The notes beneath the pieces are model-generated. The model saw only the letters and a program-made list of their open reading frames with translations. It was not told where the DNA came from and did no database searches. Below are positions 57,127-64,000 of a stretch of DNA of 64,000 nucleotides, one piece after another. How positions within the stretch are numbered: the stretch's first letter is position 1; each line of letters opens with the position of its first letter. The DNA is from Clostridiales bacterium (lineage in GTDB: Bacteria > Bacillota > Clostridia > Monoglobales > JAIRYP01), in NCBI GenBank assembly GCA_031267755.1, contig JAIRYP010000011.1:128761-192760 (forward strand), in the 5' to 3' direction. The translations under genes were made by a program, and so were the position numbers.

Positions 57127-58680
57127 TTATGCACATTTCTCCTCCAAAGCCTTTTCCTCAAGCTTTTTAACTACTGAAGGATTTATTTTAACAACCGAAA
57201 CAGTCCAAAGAACCACAACAATTAAAGACGCTGCCATTATAATTCTCATATTAATTGGAGTTGTAATTTTAGAACCAGGTGCAACAAAATTTGTAAGAAT
57301 CACAATTAAAGTTGAAGCACCACTTTTACCAAGCCTGCTCCCAACAACTTCAACTGCTGCTTGGCTTTTAAGCTTTGCATCAGAATCCAAAGGAAGATAA
57401 GCCATATTTTTAGTAGAATCAAACATGGAATATTTAACTCCCTTTATGCAGCCAACCTGATATGCGCCTACCCACACACAAGCATTTAATAAACTTTGTC
57501 CAAATATCAAAATATTCTCTGCAGCATGTTCTTTATAAATCATAATAATAAAAAGTAATATAGCACCAAGACCTGTGAATAAAGGCGTTATTAAAGCCGT
57601 CGTTCTCCACTTGCAACTTTTTAATATATTTGTCCCAACAATCATCAAAAGAATCGTTAAAATTCCAACTCTTTTGGAATAACCACCCATAAATGCATTA
57701 TATTCATTGCTTCCCGGATATTGAACTCTAACTTGACTTTTCCAAATTTGTTCAATAAGAACAGTCGACATTCCATAAGAAAACACAAGAGCCGCAATAA
57801 GAAGCACATAAACATCAGTACAAACATACTTCAAACCACTCATAACTCCCATTTTAGGTTTTTTCTTCTTCTTTTTATTTTTATTTCCTTCGCATGAATA
57901 AAATTTTGGATCACCTAATACATTTTTTTGCATCCAGGCATATATAAACATTATAGAAATTCCAAAAAATATTACAAAAGACATCTGCCATTTTAAATTT
58001 TGTCCAAATGCAATAACCTGATTTGCTCCGACTTGATCAGCAGCTTTTTTTGACAATCTTTCAACAAATTCACCAGAAGCTATAAGACCAAAATTCCCAA
58101 TCATTCCAAACAAACTATAAAATCTTGGAGCTTCACTTGTCTTTGTAATTTCATTTGCAAACTGCCAATAAAGAAGTCCAATAACTGCTGTTCCCCAAAG
58201 TTCAGCAATAACATAAGCGAGCGTTATCGTCCAATTTGTAAAACACGGAATAATCCAATAAAGCCACGGGAATTTCTGCCTTAAATTTGTTATCGTTTCA
58301 ATCGAAGCGTGTAAATATTTAATATTGGGAAATAAAACAAAACCAAAGAGTGCATAAAAAATTACAAAAAACGTTAACACTCCATAAAACATTTGTTGAG
58401 ACGAAAATTTATTCGACATTTTCATAAAAACCGCCATAAATGCAAACGAAATCGGTAAAACAAACCATGTTTTAAGAGCTGAAAGCATTTCAGAACCGCC
58501 ACCAGTTGCACACGTTTGCACCAATGTATCCTTCAAATCTCTACATAATGTGTATATAAAAAGAATGCAAATCATCATAATGCCCATAGGCAAAAACTTC
58601 TTAAGTTCAAAATTGTGTATCGGCCACAAAACAGAACGTATCTTACCGAATTTAGGTTTACCAACCTCTTTATCGCTCAT
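57127..58680 (-). CDS. tlc: ATP/ADP translocase (nucleotide transporter, Tlc/NTT family)
   Basis: 517 aa with about 12 hydrophobic segments. Long collinear matches to the Rickettsia/Chlamydia Tlc sequence as I remember it include FGKIRSVLWPIHNFELKKFLPMGIMM, AELWGTAVIGLLYWQFANEITKTSEAPRFYSLFG and GVKYSMFDSTKNMAYLPLDSDAKLKSQAAVEVVGSRLGKSG. Confidence 0.9.
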   Translation of the reverse strand: MSDKEVGKPKFGKIRSVLWPIHNFELKKFLPMGIMMICILFIYTLCRDLKDTLVQTCATGGGSEMLSALKTWFVLPISFAFMAVFMKMSNKFSSQQMFYGVLTFFVIFYALFGFVLFPNIKYLHASIETITNLRQKFPWLYWIIPCFTNWTITLAYVIAELWGTAVIGLLYWQFANEITKTSEAPRFYSLFGMIGNFGLIASGEFVERLSKKAADQVGANQVIAFGQNLKWQMSFVIFFGISIMFIYAWMQKNVLGDPKFYSCEGNKNKKKKKKPKMGVMSGLKYVCTDVYVLLIAALVFSYGMSTVLIEQIWKSQVRVQYPGSNEYNAFMGGYSKRVGILTILLMIVGTNILKSCKWRTTALITPLFTGLGAILLFIIMIYKEHAAENILIFGQSLLNACVWVGAYQVGCIKGVKYSMFDSTKNMAYLPLDSDAKLKSQAAVEVVGSRLGKSGASTLIVILTNFVAPGSKITTPINMRIIMAASLIVVVLWTVSVVKINPSVVKKLEEKALEEKCA

Positions 58681-59194
58681 AAAATACTTACCTCCCTCAA
58701 ATACTTCAAATACATTTTGTTATATATATTCTCCAAAAAAACGAAAAATATAAATATAAATAATACACAAAGACTAATCTCATAATTTCATTTTTTCCAA
58801 CAAACACTTCCGCCTCTCACTCGCATTCTTGCAAAACACAAACAGCGTAAGTATATCATAACTAATAAAATATTTTCTAAAAAATAAAACATTTACAATG
58901 TCATCTTTCAACTGTTCGTATAATTCAAACAAAAATCGTATTAAAAATTAAAGAAATAACTAAGCATAACCCACTTCTTATATCATAAATGTTTTTGATA
59001 TTAATCGTTATTTTCCTTCATTTTGTAAGTAAATTATTAAAAAAATATGCAAATATTAAAAAAGTGTGTCAAATAAAAATAAATTTAAAATTAACTAAGA
59101 AAAAATATTTTTGCTAAAATTTAACTTTGCAAAAATTTTTGTAATAAATTAGCATCAATATTAGTTATAATACAAAAATAATTTAATAACTATT

Positions 59195-59222
59195 TTGACA
59201 TTTTTAAAAATCATGTTATTCT
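59195..59222 (+). promoter_or_regulatory. sigma-A-type promoter candidate for rpsO-pnp
   Basis: TTGACA (59195-59200), a 16-nt spacer, then TATTCT (59217-59222), preceded by TGT as an extended -10. It sits about 120 nt upstream of rpsO, leaving room for an S15 autoregulatory leader. Confidence 0.35.
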
Positions 59223-59340
59223 GTTCATTCGGAGATTTGTTTTTAAAAAATTAAATAAAAATCGACTTTTTAGTATTACAAATCAATTGCGATGAAAAAA
59301 TATAATAGAGACAAAAATACAAATTAAAAGGAAATGAAAA

Positions 59341-59604
59341 ATGATTAAAGAAGCAAAAAGTAAAATAATTAAAAATTATGCAATACATCAAAGTGATACG
59401 GGCTCTCCGGAAGTGCAGATTGCAATTTTAACCTTTCGAATAAATGAGCTTAACGAACATCTTAAAATTCATAAAAAAGATTTTCATTCAAGAAGAGGGC
59501 TTTTAAAAATGGTCGGTTCAAGAAGAAATCTTCTCAATTATCTTCATGATAAAAATTTTGAAAGATATCATTCACTAATTGAAAGACTCGGCCTCAGGCA
59601 TTAA
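59341..59604 (+). CDS. rpsO: 30S ribosomal protein S15
   Basis: 87 aa with [50 protein letters not shown]. Confidence 0.95.
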   Translation: MIKEAKSKIIKNYAIHQSDTGSPEVQIAILTFRINELNEHLKIHKKDFHSRRGLLKMVGSRRNLLNYLHDKNFERYHSLIERLGLRH

Positions 59605-59670
59605 ATATTTACAGATTTTAACTATTTTTTATCTGTATTTGAGATTAATGGACACACAGGAGATTTTAAA

Positions 59671-61782
59671 TTGATTTATTCGAAAACTTATGAAGATAAT
59701 ACAAAAAAATATGAAACTAAAATTTCGGGTAGAAAAATCGTTGTTGAAATCGAAAAATACGCGTTTTTTGCGAACGCTTCTGTCATGGTTGGATACGGTG
59801 ATACGAGAGTGTTAACGACAGTGACTTCTTCCAGCAAGCCTCGCGAAGGAATTGACTTCTTTCCCCTTAGCGTAGATTATGAAGAAAGAAAATATGCAAT
59901 TGGAAAAATTCCTGGAGGATTTGTGAAACGCGAAGGAAGACCTTCAGATAGAGCAATAGTCACATCTCGCATGATAGACAGATCGCTCAGGCCTCTTTTT
60001 TTTCTAAATAATTGTCGAAATGACGTGTCAATTGTTTCAACTGTATTATCGGTTCAACAAGATAATCCACCAGATCTTTGCGCAGTACTTGGTGCGTCAG
60101 TTGCAGTTTCTATATCCGATATATTCTGGAATGGTCCGATTGCAACAGTTTTCGTTGGTTATGTTAATGAAAGGTTTATAATTAATCCTAACAGCTTGGA
60201 AAAAAACGAAAGCACTTTAAATCTCACCGTTTCAGGAAGTATGGAAAAAATAATTATGATTGAAGCGAATGCAAACGAAATTACGGAAGAAGTGATGTTG
60301 GACGCAATTTTTTTTGCTCATGAAGAAATAAAAAGAATTATAAATTTTATACTAAAAATTAAAGATGATGTCGGAAAACAAAAAAATAATTTTAAAATTG
60401 ACCAAACTTATATTGAACTTGTTGAAAAAATTAATGATTTTTCCGAACTGATGGTAGCCGAAACACTTTTAATAAACGATAAAATTTTACGAAAATCAAC
60501 CGTTGATGATTTGTTTTGCAAGATATGCGAAGAAATTAAAAACGAATATCCCGTCAATGTTTATAAAAATCAAATTGAAAACGCAATACACGAGATTGAA
60601 AAAAAAAGTGCACGAAAGTATTTATTGAATGGCAAAAGACTTGATGGGCGAGAATTGAATGAAATTAGACCAATGTACGCAAAAATAGGAATTCTTCCAC
60701 GCACTCACGGAAGTGCACTTTTTAATCGAGGGCAAACTCAAGTATTGACAACTGCAACCCTTGGCACACCCAGAGATATGCAAACTCTTGATGGAATAGA
60801 TGAAGAAGAAGAATACAAAAAATACGTGCATCATTACAATTTTCCACCATATAGCGTTGGCGAAACTAAACCTTTAAGAGGTCCTGGGAGACGAGAAATC
60901 GGTCACGGAACTTTAGCTGAAAAATCTTTAGAACCCGTACTTCCTTTGGAACATGAATTTTCATATGCAATAAGATTAGTTTCGGAGGTTCTAAGTTCAA
61001 ATGGTTCAACATCACAGGCAAGTGTTTGCGCAAGTACTTTGGCATTGATTGATGCCGGAGTGCCAATAAAAAACCCAGTTGCCGGAATTTCGATAGGTCT
61101 TGTCACAGATTCAAATACTGAGTCATTTGTTACGATGGTTGACATACAAGGTATTGAAGATTTTTTTGGCGATATGGACTTTAAAGTAGCGGGAACAAAA
61201 AAAGGAATTACGTCAATTCAATTGGACATCAAAATTGATGGTCTTACAAACGAAATAATTAAAACAGCACTTTTCAAAGCACGTGATGCAAGATATTATA
61301 TTTTAGATGAAATTATGAATCCAATTATCGCTACCAAAGAAAAAGGAATTTCGAAGTTTGCGCCAAAAGTTGCAAGTTTACAAATTCCAACTGAAAAAAT
61401 TAAAGACATTATAGGTTCCGGTGGAAAAATAATTCAAAAAATTACTTCAGAAACTGGCGCAGAAATTGACGTTGAAAACAATGGAAAAATATTTGTTTCC
61501 TCAAATGACCAAAATAAAATTGACAAAGCTTTAAATATAATTAAACAAATCTTAAAAGTTCCTATGCCAGGAGAAATTTATGAAGGAAAAATTGTATCAA
61601 TAACTGACTTTGGAGCATTTGTTGAAATTTTCCCCGGAAAAGATGGTCTTATACACATATCAAAACTTTCAAATATAAGAATAGACAAAGTTGAAGATGT
61701 CGTAAAACTTGGTGAAACAGTAAAAGTTGAAGTGCTTGATATTGATAAACAGGGAAAAATAAACTTAAAAAAAATAAATTAA
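59671..61782 (+). CDS. pnp: polyribonucleotide nucleotidyltransferase (PNPase)
   Basis: 703 aa (TTG start) with two RNase PH domains (GRELNEIRP..., DFFGDMDFKVAGT), a KH domain (IGSGGKIIQKI) and an S1 domain (GEIYEGKIVSITDFGAFVEI). Confidence 0.97.
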   Translation: MIYSKTYEDNTKKYETKISGRKIVVEIEKYAFFANASVMVGYGDTRVLTTVTSSSKPREGIDFFPLSVDYEERKYAIGKIPGGFVKREGRPSDRAIVTSRMIDRSLRPLFFLNNCRNDVSIVSTVLSVQQDNPPDLCAVLGASVAVSISDIFWNGPIATVFVGYVNERFIINPNSLEKNESTLNLTVSGSMEKIIMIEANANEITEEVMLDAIFFAHEEIKRIINFILKIKDDVGKQKNNFKIDQTYIELVEKINDFSELMVAETLLINDKILRKSTVDDLFCKICEEIKNEYPVNVYKNQIENAIHEIEKKSARKYLLNGKRLDGRELNEIRPMYAKIGILPRTHGSALFNRGQTQVLTTATLGTPRDMQTLDGIDEEEEYKKYVHHYNFPPYSVGETKPLRGPGRREIGHGTLAEKSLEPVLPLEHEFSYAIRLVSEVLSSNGSTSQASVCASTLALIDAGVPIKNPVAGISIGLVTDSNTESFVTMVDIQGIEDFFGDMDFKVAGTKKGITSIQLDIKIDGLTNEIIKTALFKARDARYYILDEIMNPIIATKEKGISKFAPKVASLQIPTEKIKDIIGSGGKIIQKITSETGAEIDVENNGKIFVSSNDQNKIDKALNIIKQILKVPMPGEIYEGKIVSITDFGAFVEIFPGKDGLIHISKLSNIRIDKVEDVVKLGETVKVEVLDIDKQGKINLKKIN

Positions 61783-62181
61783 GAAATAAGTTCAACAAAA
61801 TTGTATAAAAACTTTTTTCAGTTTATTTTTTAAGTTATTAAAACTCTTTTTTTAATTATATTTTCATATTTTTTTAATTCTCTGATTTGATAATTATCTC
61901 TTAAATTTTATTTTTAAATTCAAAAAATCACATATATGCTAATGTTTTCCAAATTACAAATCCTAAAAACCATAAACTTATTAATGGTATACTAACATTT
62001 ATTTCACAAAATTATTAATTACAAAAAATTTTGATCTCGTCCATTTTAAATTTCTGTTCAATAAAAATCATTTTTCAATATTAACTTAATATCATTTTTT
62101 CAACCATATAGAATAACTGCAATTTGAGTTTAATAAAACTAAATATTTATAATTGCAATTAAAAATTTTGGAGGAAATTTA

Positions 62182-62895
62182 GTGTTAGTGATAAAAATTA
62201 AAAACATTTACCTATATACCATTATTATTGCTTTTTTGACATCAGGCATATTATTATTCAGCTTTAAAAATAAAATTGCTACGGTTTTTTCAACGTCAAT
62301 CACAAATAAAGTTATAATTATAGATGCTGGACATGGTGGTGTTGATTCTGGCGCAATTTCAAACGATGCCATTGAAAAAGAATTAAATCTTCAAATAGCA
62401 ACCAAATTGCAAGCCTTCCTAGAAGAAGGCGGTGCAACTGTCGTTTTAACACGAAACGAAGATAAATCATTACAAAATCCTAATAGGAACAAAAAAATAT
62501 CCGCTAAAAAATCAGATTTACTCGAAAGAAAAAGAATTATGGATGAATCAAACGCTGATATATTTGTAAGCATACACATGAACAAGTATATTAATTCTTG
62601 CTATAAAGGCAGCCAAGTGTTTTATTCAAACAATGCAAATAGCAAAATCCTTGGTGAAACAATTCAAACATCACTTGCCGAAACTTTCAAAGATAACAAT
62701 AATAGAAAATCAAAACAATTAACTGAAGGGGTGTTTTTGCTAAAAAAAGCAACAATTCCTTCTGTGATAGTCGAATGCGGCTTTCTATCTAATCCAGATG
62801 AAGCAAAAAAATTAAAAAACGAAATTTATCAAAGAAAAATTGCATGGGCAATCAATCTTGGCATTATGAACTATTTCTTAAATTTTAAAAAATAA
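62182..62895 (+). CDS. cwlD: germination-specific N-acetylmuramoyl-L-alanine amidase CwlD
   Basis: 237 aa (GTG start) with an N-terminal TM and the Amidase_3 motifs IIDAGHGGVDSGA, LTRNED, ADIFVSIHMN and VECGFLSNPDE. Confidence 0.85.
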   Translation: MLVIKIKNIYLYTIIIAFLTSGILLFSFKNKIATVFSTSITNKVIIIDAGHGGVDSGAISNDAIEKELNLQIATKLQAFLEEGGATVVLTRNEDKSLQNPNRNKKISAKKSDLLERKRIMDESNADIFVSIHMNKYINSCYKGSQVFYSNNANSKILGETIQTSLAETFKDNNNRKSKQLTEGVFLLKKATIPSVIVECGFLSNPDEAKKLKNEIYQRKIAWAINLGIMNYFLNFKK

Positions 62896-63016
62896 CAACG
62901 TGATAGTAATTAAACAATTAATTTACATTTTTTATTAAAAATTCCAAAAATTACATGAATTAATATTAAAAAATTGCGTAAAATATCGTTGAATTAAATA
63001 AATGGAGGTGAAAAAA

Positions 63017-63184
63017 ATGTCTGGATCATATAAAGAAAACCTTAAAGCTCAAGCAGCAAGCGATGTTGGAGTTAAACTTCATAATTGCAAAGGATGTAAC
63101 GGAGATCTTACATCTCGTGAAGCAGGAAGCGTTGGCGGAAGAATGAATCAATTATTATGGAACTCTGTTAATAAACAACAATAA
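63017..63184 (+). CDS. small acid-soluble spore protein, alpha/beta type
   Basis: 55 aa starting at the ATG at 63017, 7 nt after GGAGGTG. VGVKL...GDLTSREAGSVGGRM matches the SASP alpha/beta signature region. Confidence 0.8.
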   Translation: MSGSYKENLKAQAASDVGVKLHNCKGCNGDLTSREAGSVGGRMNQLLWNSVNKQQ

Positions 63185-63240
63185 CAATCAAATGTTTATT
63201 AAATTAAAAGTTAATTTTTACTAAAAATTACAAAACCTAT

Positions 63241-63262
63241 TGCCAAGAATTAAATCTTGGCA
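63241..63262 (+). terminator. rho-independent terminator candidate after the SASP gene
   Basis: Perfect 8-bp stem TGCCAAGA/TCTTGGCA with a 6-nt loop (ATTAAA), followed by TACAATTTG. The T-tract is weak. Confidence 0.45.
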
Positions 63263-63405
63263 TACAATTTGTCCATTGATATATTTTATATAATTGAAAT
63301 AAAATATTCACGTTTATTTAAAATATTGGTATAAATTATGTTATAAAACAATTTTATATATTAATATTTAAATAAAAAAATACATTAAAATTTATGGAGG
63401 AACAA

Positions 63406-64000
63406 ATGAGCGATGTTAGAGAGGAAATTGCACACGAAGCAAAAATTACAGATGCTAGAGAATTTGCATTTTTAAAATTAGATAAAATTAAATCTGCAAA
63501 AAATAATATTAGAACTCTAATACATACACCTGGCGCACCTATTAAAGAAATTAATGAAGCTTTAGATTACCTAGCATGGATTGAGGGAAGAATTAGAAAA
63601 TCATTACAGGCAGATGAAGATTTTTATAAATATTATAAAATTTTAAAAGAAAAAAAAGAAATACTTATAGCTCTTGGAGTATCACCAGAATTAGGAATAG
63701 CAAATGGAAGTGACCCTGAAACTGTTGAACTTGCGAAAACTTACAATAGTATAGTATCTATAAGGCGTAATTTATTGCCGGAAACAATGGCAAATCAAGA
63801 TTGGGAAAATATTGACAAACATTTTAATGACTTAATGAAAAACACTAAACTATTACATGAAATTTCAATTTTATCTTCTTATTTTTCTTTTTTCTCTTCT
63901 TCAAATAATGTTTCACAACCTGCTCCAACCGGAGGTTTAGGGCATATTCCAGACACAGGATATTCACAACCTAATTCAACCTTAAGAGATTTGCAGAACT
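63406..64000 (+). CDS. hypothetical protein (partial, continues past the window end)
   Basis: The ATG at 63406 lies 6 nt after GGAGGA, and my translation runs without a stop to the window end: MSDVREEIAHEAKITDAREFAFLKLDKIK...SQPAPTGGLGHIPDTGYSQPN. It is absent from the ORF track because it has no stop within the window. I recognise no family. Confidence 0.55.
   Translation, partial: MSDVREEIAHEAKITDAREFAFLKLDKIKSAKNNIRTLIHTPGAPIKEINEALDYLAWIEGRIRKSLQADEDFYKYYKILKEKKEILIALGVSPELGIANGSDPETVELAKTYNSIVSIRRNLLPETMANQDWENIDKHFNDLMKNTKLLHEISILSSYFSFFSSSNNVSQPAPTGGLGHIPDTGYSQPNSTLRDLQN

Noticed and set aside
1-64000. Alternative genetic code (for example TGA read as Trp), given the very low GC
   Set aside because: Conserved genes (alaS, secA, pnp, metG, rpoD) are full-length with standard stops and no internal TGA/TAA/TAG interruptions. 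Code 11 fits.

Overview
This is a very AT-rich chromosomal segment. Hand-counted 120-nt samples give about 21% GC in an ordinary gene and 33-52% in a few anomalous ones. The source looks like an endospore-forming, low-GC Firmicute (Clostridia-like) with a scavenging, probably host-dependent lifestyle. The species cannot be determined from the sequence alone. About 60 genes are supportable.

Housekeeping blocks:
- truA(partial)-rlmB-rpoD-dnaG
- spoIID, yigZ, lgt, ecfT, alaS, a HIT protein, tRNA-Lys(CTT), birA
- infC-rpmI-rplT-ligA
- pyrC-pyrF-pyrK-pyrD, sbp, secA, spoVT, ychF
- gatD-murT, metG
- two adjacent polar-amino-acid ABC importers and an ATP/ADP translocase (Tlc/NTT family)
- rpsO-pnp, cwlD and an alpha/beta-type SASP

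Three lineage-specific multi-copy gene families with no family I can recognise sit between these blocks:
1. 36.3-42.7 kb. A duplicated two-gene module whose four products all end in the near-invariant C-terminal motif KKATV[P/H]GK. One partner has a glycine-zipper membrane segment and conspicuously GC-richer DNA. Its duplicate is broken by an in-frame TAG plus a homopolymer frameshift.
2. 44.1-46.6 kb. Three tandem paralogs (193-217 aa) with a shared N-terminus ([FY]F.CYRILDMD), plus an internally deleted fourth copy.
3. 19.5-25.5 kb. Three tandem 630-710 aa paralogs, with a divergent fourth member at 33.2-35.4 kb that carries a 3 x 57-bp acidic coding repeat.

Families 1 and 2 flank ychF and are my best candidate for an undescribed system: membrane-tethered coiled-coil proteins with a shared C-terminal tag. 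No transposase, integrase, CRISPR array or rRNA was seen.
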